Assembly: GCA_964398885.1 (NCBI GenBank)
Contig: CAYNOU010000001.1
Span: 221 to 64,220, forward strand
DNA length: 64,000 bases
Direction of reading: 5' to 3'
Source of the DNA: an uncultured Candidatus Cloacimonadota bacterium
GTDB taxonomy: Bacteria > Cloacimonadota > Cloacimonadia > JGIOTU-2
Made by a program: the position numbers and the translations under genes. Below the pieces are notes generated by a model that was not told where the DNA came from, did no database searches, and saw only the letters and a program-made list of their open reading frames with translations. Of this stretch, positions 8,517 to 17,685 are shown piece by piece (the first letter of the stretch is position 1; every line of letters begins with the position of its first letter).

Positions 8517-9842
8517 ATGAGTAAGCAGGCAGAAGGGATTGTAAAAAAGATGTTTGAAAATATTGATATTGATAAGGAATGGTCTTTTTCAGAATTCAGT
8601 CGCGCAGAAACTGCAAAATGGACTCATTGCTACCATCGGTATCCTGCCAAATTTATTCCACAATTAGTAGAAAAATTGATGAATGAATATATTAACTCAA
8701 AAAATGCTCATATCAATGACCCATTTATGGGAAGTGGCACAACGATTGTCTCAGCTATTGCAAGGGGTTACAAAGCGAGTGGAACAGACATAAATAAGAT
8801 AGCCTATTTAATGACAAAAGTAAAAGCAACTCCAATCGAACCTGATTGTCTAAAAAATAAAATTCAAGAATTTTTATACCAAATAGAAAAGATTGAGGAA
8901 GATGATGGAATTTTTTCAGCTACTAATAATTTAGAACCTCTTATTCCAGAAAGACATATAGAAAGAATAAACTATTGGTTCAATGAAAAAAACAAAATTA
9001 AATTAGGAAAAATATTAAGAATTATATACAATGAAAAAGATGAAACAACAAGAGATTTCTTTAAAGTTGCTTTTAGCCATATTTTAAAAAATTGTTCTAT
9101 TTGGTTGCAGAGCAGCACAAAACCAACAAGAGATTTAAAAAAAAATCCTATTTCTCCTTGCAAGGCATTATCAAGACATCTAAGAAAAATGGAAAAAGGT
9201 AATCGCTCCTTTTATGATGTGGTACCCAACTATGTTAAAAATAGAATTAACAATTACCTTAATATTAAATGTGATGATGCCAAAAGACAACCTGTAAAAG
9301 ATAATTCTGTTGATTTAATTATATCCTCAAGTCCTTATGTAACAAGCTATGAATATGCTGACTTACATCAACTTTCAACGATTTGGTTGGATTTGGCAGA
9401 TGACTTAACAGGTTACAAAAAAGAGTTTATAGGCACATCTTACAAAAAGTATGAAAACAAAAGTTTACGAAGCAAAATCGCTATAGATATTGTTGATAAG
9501 ATGTCTACAGAAAGTCCAAAGATGGCAAAGGAAATTGAAGCGTTTTTTATTGATATGGCAGAAATCTTTGATGAGAGTTTCAGAATTTTAAAACCAACTG
9601 GCAGATGCTGTTATGTCATTGGCGATACAAGATTGAAGGGTATAAATATACTAAATGCCGAAGTTTTTGCTGAAAGTTTACAGTATTCTGGTTTTAAATT
9701 AGATAGAATAATTAAAAGAGAAATTCCTTCAAAGATATTACCACAAAAAAGAGATGAGAAGACAGGAAGATTTGCCAATAATAACGATGCAAATTCCGAA
9801 GCATATCCAGTTGAATACATTATTATCGGGAGAAAGAAATGA
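8517..9842 (+). CDS. DNA methyltransferase (N6-adenine or N4-cytosine; not m5C)
   Basis: The AdoMet motif I is 'NDPFMGSGTT'. About 215 aa later comes the catalytic-type motif 'DLIISSSPY' (x-S-P-Y in place of (D/N/S)PPY), then 'ILKPTGRCCYVIGD'. The I...TRD...IV order suggests an alpha-like class. Confidence 0.8.
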   Translation: MSKQAEGIVKKMFENIDIDKEWSFSEFSRAETAKWTHCYHRYPAKFIPQLVEKLMNEYINSKNAHINDPFMGSGTTIVSAIARGYKASGTDINKIAYLMTKVKATPIEPDCLKNKIQEFLYQIEKIEEDDGIFSATNNLEPLIPERHIERINYWFNEKNKIKLGKILRIIYNEKDETTRDFFKVAFSHILKNCSIWLQSSTKPTRDLKKNPISPCKALSRHLRKMEKGNRSFYDVVPNYVKNRINNYLNIKCDDAKRQPVKDNSVDLIISSSPYVTSYEYADLHQLSTIWLDLADDLTGYKKEFIGTSYKKYENKSLRSKIAIDIVDKMSTESPKMAKEIEAFFIDMAEIFDESFRILKPTGRCCYVIGDTRLKGINILNAEVFAESLQYSGFKLDRIIKREIPSKILPQKRDEKTGRFANNNDANSEAYPVEYIIIGRKK

Positions 9843-10525
9843 TCGATTTTAATTATATTAAAAATAGATATTATGAATTAAAAACCAAGAATGAAGGATA
9901 TAATTTTATTGGAAAGATATTCAAAGAAGTTGAAGAAAAATATAAGATTGAAGCAGAAGAACGTGGAAAAAATCCACAGCAATCTTGGAATTCTTGGAGT
10001 GGTAAAGCTTTACAGAATTTAATAACCGAATTAGTAAAAGAACACATATTAAATTGTCACTATCAAGTCAACTTAACATCTGATGATGCTTTACGTGTTA
10101 AGAAATTAAATACAGAACTGGATCAAGTAAGAAGAAATATTGAAGTCTTTTATTCCCAATATTCTATTGTTCCCGATGCTGATATTATTGTTTATTCAAA
10201 CATAGATTATAAAGTAATATGTGTTTTTTCATGCAAAGCAAGTTTGAGAGAGCGTGTAGCACAAGCTGCCTATTGGAAAATAAAATTAACCCAATCAAAT
10301 GGAACAAAGAATATTTTCTATTATCTTGTTTCTACAGACAAAGACAAAGATTTTGTTATAAAAAATGGAAAGATAAGTAGAAATAGAATTATTGTTGAAG
10401 AAGGTGAACTGGATGGTGCTTACATATTAAGAGAAATTCATGAAAGTTCCATGGTTAAAAACTTTTCAAATATTTTTAATGATTTAAACAGAATATTTGA
10501 AGAATGGTTCGATATTAATAAATGA
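9839..10525 (+). CDS. Putative type II restriction endonuclease
   Basis: The gene has a 4-nt overlap with the upstream MTase. A PD-(D/E)xK-like arrangement 'VPDADIIVY...VFSCKASLRER' is present. I recognise no specific family. Confidence 0.5.
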   Translation: MIDFNYIKNRYYELKTKNEGYNFIGKIFKEVEEKYKIEAEERGKNPQQSWNSWSGKALQNLITELVKEHILNCHYQVNLTSDDALRVKKLNTELDQVRRNIEVFYSQYSIVPDADIIVYSNIDYKVICVFSCKASLRERVAQAAYWKIKLTQSNGTKNIFYYLVSTDKDKDFVIKNGKISRNRIIVEEGELDGAYILREIHESSMVKNFSNIFNDLNRIFEEWFDINK

Positions 10526-10630
10526 AAAAATCATTAATATTTACTCTACAAAACCTCAATAATAAAAAGTTTCTACTTAAAGGAAGTAAAAGTATTGTAT
10601 ATAGTATTATGATATAAAGGAATTATTAAA

Positions 10631-10876
10631 ATGATACAATTCAATGAAGAATGGAAAAAATTACAATATGAAATAATCTACAATAAACCACAAATAGATG
10701 GTCCTTATCCTCAAGAGATTGTAGATAAAAGAGAATTATTATTATATGCTCAAGTGGAATTAGAAAAAGCTCAAACCTCATATGATAATAAAAATAATAA
10801 CTTATGTAAATTTCACTCAAAATTATACTCATTAATAATGAAACATTACTATAAATGGATATCTGAAAATGCATAA
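10631..10876 (+). CDS. Small hypothetical protein translationally coupled to the second methyltransferase
   Basis: The 81-aa ORF has a stop at 10874-10876 overlapping the ATG at 10869 of the next gene. It has no obvious HTH. Confidence 0.35.
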   Translation: MIQFNEEWKKLQYEIIYNKPQIDGPYPQEIVDKRELLLYAQVELEKAQTSYDNKNNNLCKFHSKLYSLIMKHYYKWISENA

Positions 10877-11561
10877 TAAAAAAAATAAATTAATAATTGA
10901 ATCTACAACCCTCTGGGATTTTCCAACCCAAAATTATGGTAACATAAAACATGGCGATAATAAATATTCTGGCGTAACTCCTGCCTTTATTGTTTGGAAT
11001 CTTATCCAAAGATATACAAAAGAAGGGGATTTAGTGGTTGATCCTATGTGTGGAAGTGGAACAACTATTGATGTTTGCAATGAAGAAAATCGAAATGTTC
11101 TGGGCTTTGATATAGTCCCCTATAGACCTGATATAAAGCAAGCAGATGCGAGAAAGTTACCAGTAGATAACGAAATTGCCGATTTTATCTTTATTGATTC
11201 TCCTTATTCAGATAATATAAAATACAATGACCATCCTGATAATATAGGAAATATATCTTGCGAAAATCCAAGATTTTTTGAAGAATTAAATAAAGTAGCA
11301 AAAGAGCTTTTTAGAATTCTTAAACCTGATAAATATATTGCATGGCTTATTGGTGATCAAGCAAAAAAGAAACAATTCGTTCCTGTAGGATTAAAGTTAT
11401 ACTCAATATTGAATAAATATTTCACTCCTGTTGATATTGTTTGTGTTACAAGACACAATCAGACATCTAATACAAGAATTTGGGAATACAGAGCAAAAAA
11501 ATATAATTTCTATCTTAGAGGCTTCAAATATCTGATAATAATGAAGAAGAAAGAAATATAA
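10869..11561 (+). CDS. Second DNA methyltransferase (N6-A/N4-C type, compact)
   Basis: 'DLVVDPMCGSGTTIDVC' (motif I) is followed about 45 aa later by 'DFIFIDSPYSDN' (again x-S-P-Y) and 'ILKPDKYIAWLIGD'. The N-terminus has 'TLWDFPTQ'. Confidence 0.7.
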   Translation: MHNKKNKLIIESTTLWDFPTQNYGNIKHGDNKYSGVTPAFIVWNLIQRYTKEGDLVVDPMCGSGTTIDVCNEENRNVLGFDIVPYRPDIKQADARKLPVDNEIADFIFIDSPYSDNIKYNDHPDNIGNISCENPRFFEELNKVAKELFRILKPDKYIAWLIGDQAKKKQFVPVGLKLYSILNKYFTPVDIVCVTRHNQTSNTRIWEYRAKKYNFYLRGFKYLIIMKKKEI

Positions 11562-11656
11562 ATTTTAACCCCCCTTTTAAAAATCCCCTCTAAAGAGGGG
11601 TGGATGCCGATGAAATCGGCAGACGGGGTGTGTAATTTATAATAAAGATAAAAAAA

Positions 11657-13333
11657 ATGAAAAAAATATCTATCTTACTTATATTAATTTTAGTCTTTTC
11701 TTCATCACTCTACTGTGATGAAATTAGACTCAATATCCTTTTCACAAACGACATTCACGGTGGAATTGATGCTGTGCCAGCCACCTTTATGAATCCGGAA
11801 TTCCCACCCCCACTTGGCGGAGGCGCATCTGCTGCGGCTATTATCAAATATGTCCGCAAAAAAGCAAAAGAAAATGGCGAACCTGTTTTGCTTCTTGACG
11901 CAGGAGACTTCTTCCAGGGTCATCCAATTGGCACAATGAGTAATGGTGAAGCAATTATAAAATATATGAATATGGTAAAATACGATGCAATGACCATTGG
12001 AAATCACGAGTTTGACGCTGGATATGCACAACTGAAAAAGACTTTATTTCTGGCTGAATTTCCAATTGTCTGTGCTAATATTGTTTTTGAGAATACAGGA
12101 GAAATCATCCCAGAAGCTGTCCCATATATCATGAAAGATATTCAAGGCGTAAAACTTGCCATAATCGGTTTATGTACAGAAGAAACTCCAATGATGAGTT
12201 TTCCTGAACATGTTAAAGGATTAAAATTCTTACCTGTTGCTCCAACCTTAAAAAAGTATATCAAGGAAGTTAAAGATAAAGGAGTAGACTTAATATTGGT
12301 TTTGGCTCATCTTGGAATTCCTTATGATGTCCAATCTGCTTATCAGCACGATATTGTAGAAGGACATATTAATGACCCTAACAAATATTGGCCTGATAAT
12401 GCTATTGACCTTGCCTACAAAGTTCCCGGAATTGACCTCTTTTTCGCGGGACATATTCATAAAGGATACAATGAGCCCTGGGAAGAGCCGAATAATCATA
12501 CTCTGCTTTTCCAAAATTATGCCTATGGCTCTAATATCGGGCATGTGATAATCAAGATAGACAAAGAGACCAAAACCATTTCTGGCTATGAACTGCCCGC
12601 TTATATTGATGGAGATTTGCTTACTTTATTTACTGAGGAATTTATTCCAGATAAAGAAGTAAAAGAAAAGATAGATGCTATGCAGATAGAAGCAGAAAAG
12701 GGAATGGATGAAATTGTCGGAGAAGCAGTCATTCATCTCTCAAGGGGTGTTGGTGCACAAAGTTTAATAGGCAATTTTGTTATGGATGCGATGCTTGAAG
12801 AAGTTGGAGCAGACTTTTCATTTCTTAATCTCGGTGGAGTAAGAGATGATATCAACAAAGGTCCCGTAATTTATCGTGATGTATTTGATGTTCTCCCTTT
12901 TGAAAGCCAGATAGTTACACTCAATATCTCTGGAGCATTGCTTAAAGAAATTCTGGAAATTAGAGTTTCTTACGGACATCAAGGATTACGAATTGCAGGC
13001 GGAGAAGTGGTCTATAATAAAAACCTCCCAAATTTCCAACGAGTTACAAAATTGAAAATAGCAGGCAAGGATTGGGACCCGAATAAAATCTATAAGGTTG
13101 CAACTACTGACTTTCTTATGGCTGGTAATGCGGGACTAACCATCTTAACAGAAATTCCACAACAGCAAATCACTTATAATTATATCATTATGCGGGATGC
13201 CTTAGCAAATTATTTTAGAAGGCACAAAATTGTTACTGCCAAAATTGATAATAGATGGATAATGGATATCACTTCTCAACCAACAAAAGAGATTGCTGAG
13301 TTTAATAAGAGAAAGACATCTTCTTTCAGATGA
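11657..13333 (+). CDS. Secreted bifunctional metallophosphatase/5'-nucleotidase (UshA-like)
   Basis: A signal peptide is present. Calcineurin-like motifs are 'NDIHGG', 'DAGDFFQG', 'GNHEFD' and 'GHIH'. A C-terminal 5'-nucleotidase-type domain follows. Confidence 0.85.
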   Translation: MKKISILLILILVFSSSLYCDEIRLNILFTNDIHGGIDAVPATFMNPEFPPPLGGGASAAAIIKYVRKKAKENGEPVLLLDAGDFFQGHPIGTMSNGEAIIKYMNMVKYDAMTIGNHEFDAGYAQLKKTLFLAEFPIVCANIVFENTGEIIPEAVPYIMKDIQGVKLAIIGLCTEETPMMSFPEHVKGLKFLPVAPTLKKYIKEVKDKGVDLILVLAHLGIPYDVQSAYQHDIVEGHINDPNKYWPDNAIDLAYKVPGIDLFFAGHIHKGYNEPWEEPNNHTLLFQNYAYGSNIGHVIIKIDKETKTISGYELPAYIDGDLLTLFTEEFIPDKEVKEKIDAMQIEAEKGMDEIVGEAVIHLSRGVGAQSLIGNFVMDAMLEEVGADFSFLNLGGVRDDINKGPVIYRDVFDVLPFESQIVTLNISGALLKEILEIRVSYGHQGLRIAGGEVVYNKNLPNFQRVTKLKIAGKDWDPNKIYKVATTDFLMAGNAGLTILTEIPQQQITYNYIIMRDALANYFRRHKIVTAKIDNRWIMDITSQPTKEIAEFNKRKTSSFR

Positions 13334-13443
13334 GATTGTATAAATCCACTCCTGCCTGTCCGTTCTTTGGCGAGAGATGGGTGTCCCGATTCATCGGGAT
13401 AAGTTAAGTTACAACACGATTGTGTCACATTATGGAGGCTTCA

Positions 13444-14706
13444 ATGGACATAAATAAAATTAGATATCAGGGCGACCTACAAGACACAAAAGATTTATAT
13501 GAAGTCTATAAAGTAAAACAGATTATAAGTTCTCACGAAGAAATATTGAAAGAGCATATTTCTTTTAGAGATGAACTTCTTGCAAATTCCGTCCGATTAA
13601 CATCTATTATATCTCCAAGAATTCGCAAAATTATTGAGAAAGTTAAGACGATATTTGACATCAAGGAAAATGTTGAATTCTTTTCTCTAAACAACAATAG
13701 TTACAATGCTTTTGCTTTCAAACAGAAATCTAACATAAGCATTGTCTTCACTTCAGGATTATTAGAAAACTTTTCTGATAATGAAATCCTGTTCGTATTG
13801 GGGCACGAAATTGGACATATCCTGTTTAACCACAATCGGCTTTTGCTTTTATACAATCCAAGTAAAAGAAAAATCACTTTTTTGCCAATTCTTGCGGAAA
13901 AAAAATTCTTAACATGGCAAAAAAAGGCAGAAATCAGCTGTGATAGAGCAGGTCTGGTTGCTTGCATGAATTATGAAACTGCTATCCAAAGTCTGCTCAA
14001 AATTTCGTATGGACTTACAGAAAAGAATCTAAACTTCAATTTACCAGAGCTAATGAGCCAATTGGATGACATTGCTCACTCTGAATATCTCTCACAGCTC
14101 AGCACAGCCACCCATCCCCTATTGCCAGTTCGTCTTAAAGCCCTTGAATTATTTCATAATTCAAAACTATTCTCTAAAAAGGGTAAAATCTCCCCAGAAA
14201 AACTTTCAGAAGAAGTTGATAAATTAATCGGGCTTACAAAATTCTATCCACGCAATAAAACTAAAGAACAAATGATGAAATTCATTGCTTCTGGTGGTGT
14301 CTCTATTATTGCAGCAGATAGAGAAATCAATATTGAAGAAATAAAAAGCCTGGTAAAAATCTTAGCAGATGTGTTCACAGATGACCCTGAAAAAGAGATT
14401 GTTTATGACAAAGAAAAAGTGGAAGCACAGTTAAAAAAATCTGCAAAATATCTTAAAGAAAAAGGCACTGATTACGACAGATTCTATGCGATGCATTTTT
14501 TGACAGTTATTGCTCTTTCTGATGGAAAATATACTATCAAAGAGAAGAATATGCTGCTTAAACTCGCAGAATCAATTGGCTTTTCTAAAGATGACGCTAT
14601 GGGTGTCGTCTGGAAAACTTTGCAACAAAATGGCATTAATATTGATGTGCGACTTAACGAAATAGCACAAAATGTAAAAGAACATTATGCTGATTATCTA
14701 AAATAA
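13444..14706 (+). CDS. M48-family zinc metallopeptidase-like protein with C-terminal TerB-like domains
   Basis: 'VLGHEIGHILFNH' contains HExxH. The C-terminal 'MHFLTVIALSDGKYTIKEKNMLLKLAESIGFS' is TerB-like. I prefer the ATG at 13444, 5 nt after ggagg, over the TTG at 13420. Confidence 0.65.
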   Translation: MDINKIRYQGDLQDTKDLYEVYKVKQIISSHEEILKEHISFRDELLANSVRLTSIISPRIRKIIEKVKTIFDIKENVEFFSLNNNSYNAFAFKQKSNISIVFTSGLLENFSDNEILFVLGHEIGHILFNHNRLLLLYNPSKRKITFLPILAEKKFLTWQKKAEISCDRAGLVACMNYETAIQSLLKISYGLTEKNLNFNLPELMSQLDDIAHSEYLSQLSTATHPLLPVRLKALELFHNSKLFSKKGKISPEKLSEEVDKLIGLTKFYPRNKTKEQMMKFIASGGVSIIAADREINIEEIKSLVKILADVFTDDPEKEIVYDKEKVEAQLKKSAKYLKEKGTDYDRFYAMHFLTVIALSDGKYTIKEKNMLLKLAESIGFSKDDAMGVVWKTLQQNGINIDVRLNEIAQNVKEHYADYLK

Positions 14707-14935
14707 TCTATATATAAATCCTATTAAACTTCGGAGGTTTTATGAGCTGTCAGGGACCATTCCCTGACATTTCTTGCCAGAGGACAGATCCTTTGGAAAA
14801 GATATTCAGTGGTTGGTTTAAGTTCGTCATGGAGTGGTCCATGACGACTCCTCGGAAAATGGCATTAATATTGATGTGCGACTTAACGAAATAGCACAAA
14901 ATGCAAAAGAACATTATGCTAATTATTTAAAATGA
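14627..14935. repeat. 80-bp direct duplication of a gene's 3' end flanking a 149-bp hairpin-module cassette
   Basis: Copy 14627-14706 (the last 26 codons plus stop of the M48/TerB gene) matches 14856-14935 with 4 mismatches by eye, including stop TAA vs TGA. The intervening 14707-14855 consists of palindromic modules. Confidence 0.85.
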
Positions 14936-14961
14936 TAGTAAACCAAAAGAGGCAAATTATT

Positions 14962-15714
14962 ATGAAAAAAAATATTATAGCGCTATTTGTTATCATAACT
15001 TGCTTAACTTTTCCTTTATTTTCGAATACGATAATCATAAAAAATGAGGCGGGTAAAGAAGGTGATACGCTGTCAACTAAATCAAAAATTGACTCTATCT
15101 ATTTAACTCAAAAACAAATGCGTAACATCCAACAGAAACTGTATAAAACTCTGCGGAATAAACCACTTCAAGATAAAAAATATGGCATAGAAATAAACAT
15201 TCTAAGATTATTATTTTTTGGAACTAATAATGTTTTTTTTAACCATACTCTTAGTGGAGGAATATCATTTTTCAATATAGATAGACATGCGGAGATTACA
15301 TTCCCCTTTTATTATTCTCATCCAGAATTTAATTGGGATGATGATTGGGAAGTGGAGGAAGATAAACTTCAACAGTTTACCTTAGATTGTCATTATAGAC
15401 GTTTTTTAGGAAATACACAAAACGGATTCTACATAAGTGGATTTATCCGATATGCAAATCTTCGTGGATATGAAGGCTATTATTATTGGGGAGATGATAA
15501 TCATAAAAAAAGCACTGAAAACAAATTGGGAGTTGGAATCGGTATTGGTTATAGGAAATTTTCTTACAAAGGATTCTATTGGGGAACAAGCCTAAATTTG
15601 GGCAGATATATCATTGGAGAAAATGATAAATTTAAAGGTGAATTTTTTGAGTATGATAATGACAATGAAGTTGTTTATAGCTTTGAATTATTAAAGTTTG
15701 GTTGGGCATTCTAA
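14962..15714 (+). CDS. Hypothetical secreted/outer-membrane protein
   Basis: The ATG at 14962 follows agagg; the upstream ATG at 14932 lies inside the duplicated gene tail. A signal peptide 'MKKNIIALFVIITCLTFPLFS' is present. The protein is Y/G/W-rich and ends 'KFGWAF'. Confidence 0.5.
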   Translation: MKKNIIALFVIITCLTFPLFSNTIIIKNEAGKEGDTLSTKSKIDSIYLTQKQMRNIQQKLYKTLRNKPLQDKKYGIEINILRLLFFGTNNVFFNHTLSGGISFFNIDRHAEITFPFYYSHPEFNWDDDWEVEEDKLQQFTLDCHYRRFLGNTQNGFYISGFIRYANLRGYEGYYYWGDDNHKKSTENKLGVGIGIGYRKFSYKGFYWGTSLNLGRYIIGENDKFKGEFFEYDNDNEVVYSFELLKFGWAF

Positions 15715-15752
15715 ATTTATCAGATAAATTCTATAAAATATGAAGGTATTAA

Positions 15753-16361
15753 ATGAAAACATTTAATTATATCATTTTAATGTTGATGATTATCCTTTTA
15801 ACAAATAATCCTCTTTTTGCTCAATATAAAACTAAAGGTATAGGATTAGGTATTAGCCTTGGTAAAGAGTTCTTAGGAGGTACCGAGTTAAATATCTCAT
15901 TGTTAGATTTTCCCAGTTTTTATGTCCCAATCATATTATCATCAACATTTAAACTTGAGCCTGAGATTGGATTTTATTCATATTCAATGTCTATAGAAGA
16001 TCCTAATGAAGGTTGGGAAAAAGTAGAATATTATAATATATTTTCCTTGGGATTAGGAATTTTCCCTTTAAAACAATATGATAAAGTAATCATTAACTAT
16101 GGAGTAAGATTGGGTCTAATTCATTATTCATTAGAAGAAAGTTTAGATGATAAAGAAGTTGAGAAATCATCTAAAACAGATTATATAATTAGTCCTTCAA
16201 CAGGTGGTGAATATTTTTTCAATGAACACTTTAGTCTTGGTGGGGAAATACAATTAAACTTAATATTTGTTGGACAATATGATGATGATTACTATGATAT
16301 CAATGTCTCTGAAACAATAACTAAAAGCAAAGCACTCTTTTTTTTAAGATGGTATTTCTAA
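15753..16361 (+). CDS. Small outer-membrane beta-barrel protein
   Basis: A signal peptide is present. The protein has alternating hydrophobic strands and ends 'FFLRWYF'. Confidence 0.5.
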   Translation: MKTFNYIILMLMIILLTNNPLFAQYKTKGIGLGISLGKEFLGGTELNISLLDFPSFYVPIILSSTFKLEPEIGFYSYSMSIEDPNEGWEKVEYYNIFSLGLGIFPLKQYDKVIINYGVRLGLIHYSLEESLDDKEVEKSSKTDYIISPSTGGEYFFNEHFSLGGEIQLNLIFVGQYDDDYYDINVSETITKSKALFFLRWYF

Positions 16362-16422
16362 CTTCTACAGTTGATAAATAAAAAATTAAATATTTTATTC
16401 CTGATACATCCGGAAAAATAAT

Positions 16423-17319
16423 ATGATAAAAAACTTTGATGAACTACTTGAAAAAGTAAAAAAACTTCCTTCCAAAAGAGTGGTTATTCCAGGTGCGGAT
16501 ACAAAAACAGTCATATATGCAGCAACTTTAGCCAAAGTTGAAGGAATTGCTGATTTTCTTCTTATAGGTGATAAGAAAAAAATCTTATCTTATATTGAAA
16601 TGATTGAGGAATCCTTGCTTGATGCTTTTGAAATTATTGATGAATCTGACCCTCTAAAATGTGTACAAAAAGCTGTGGATTCCATTCATCAGAAAAAGGC
16701 TGATTTAATTTTAAAAGGAAAAACCACAACTTCCCAGCTTATGAAAGGTGTGCTGGATAAAGAAACCGGTCTTCAAACTGGTAATATATTATCTGATGTC
16801 TTCGTATTTGAAACCAGGAGCAGATTAACACTTATGACTGACGGTGGGATTGTCCTTTATCCAGAAATAAAAGAAAAGATTGCTTTGATAAATAATGCTG
16901 TTAAGGTTGCTCATCATCTTGAAAATCCAAATCCAAAGGTTGCTTTACTTGGTGCAATTGAAGTTCCAAACCCAAAGATGCCTCCAACAATTGACGCTGC
17001 TATCATTGCTCAAATGAGCAAAAGAGGACAAATAAAGGGATGTATTGTTGATGGTCCTTTTGCTCTTGACAATGCTATTTCAGAAGAAGCTGCAAAAATA
17101 AAAAACATAGACTCACCCGTTGCAGGAAATGCAGATATACTTATTATGCCAAATATTGAAGCTGGGAATATCTTTGGAAAGGCATTGACATATTATGCTC
17201 ATCTTCGAGTTGCTCATGTTGTGATGGGTGCAAAAGCCCCAATATTAATTACTTCCAGAGCTGATGATGCAGAAACTAAACTGCACTCCATTGCTCTGGG
17301 AATTATCTGCGCTTATTAA
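16423..17319 (+). CDS. ptb: Phosphate butyryl/acetyltransferase (PTA_PTB family)
   Basis: At 298 aa it has the size of Ptb. It shows the family-typical 'VVIPGADTKTVIYAA', 'MTDGGI' and 'ADILIMPNIEAGNIFGKAL'. Confidence 0.75.
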   Translation: MIKNFDELLEKVKKLPSKRVVIPGADTKTVIYAATLAKVEGIADFLLIGDKKKILSYIEMIEESLLDAFEIIDESDPLKCVQKAVDSIHQKKADLILKGKTTTSQLMKGVLDKETGLQTGNILSDVFVFETRSRLTLMTDGGIVLYPEIKEKIALINNAVKVAHHLENPNPKVALLGAIEVPNPKMPPTIDAAIIAQMSKRGQIKGCIVDGPFALDNAISEEAAKIKNIDSPVAGNADILIMPNIEAGNIFGKALTYYAHLRVAHVVMGAKAPILITSRADDAETKLHSIALGIICAY

Positions 17320-17400
17320 TTTAATATTCATATGAAAATCTCTTGCCACAGAGTCACACCCGTTCTCCGTCCAGATTATATCGGGACTGCGAAGGGTGAA

Positions 17401-17596
17401 GAGCACACAGAGATAAATGTAAAATTACGAATTACAATTAAATTGCAATGATCTTAACACCATTTTTAATGGTGTTTTAATAAACAGTCCCCGCGTACGC
17501 GGGGATCAAATCCTGCCCGTCTTGGCTCGGCACCAAGCCGAGACAGGTTAGGAACAAATGGGATCTGTGCATTCAGCCTCTCAATTTTCATACTCC
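17401..17596. repeat. 196-bp composite module repeat, copy A
   Basis: It matches 44462-44657 in the same orientation with about 9 mismatches by eye. It contains the hairpins aacaccattttt-aatggtgtt, tccccgcg-ta-cgcgggga and ctcggc-accaa-gccgag. Confidence 0.9.
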
Positions 17597-17685
17597 TTCG
17601 TGTTAAGTATAATCGGTGACTACATCTATGTTTAATTATTTTATAAAAAATTTATTTAAAACTACTTTTTTTAAGAAAGGAAAAA

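Noticed and set aside
17456-17596. ~41-codon minus-strand ORF (MKIERLNAQIPFVPNLSRLGAEPRRAGFDPRVRGD...) inside both copies of the 196-bp repeat
   Set aside because: The SD-like aaggag is only 1-2 nt from the ATG. Differences between the two copies are mostly non-synonymous (AQIPFVP vs VQILIVP). The sequence is a chain of hairpins.
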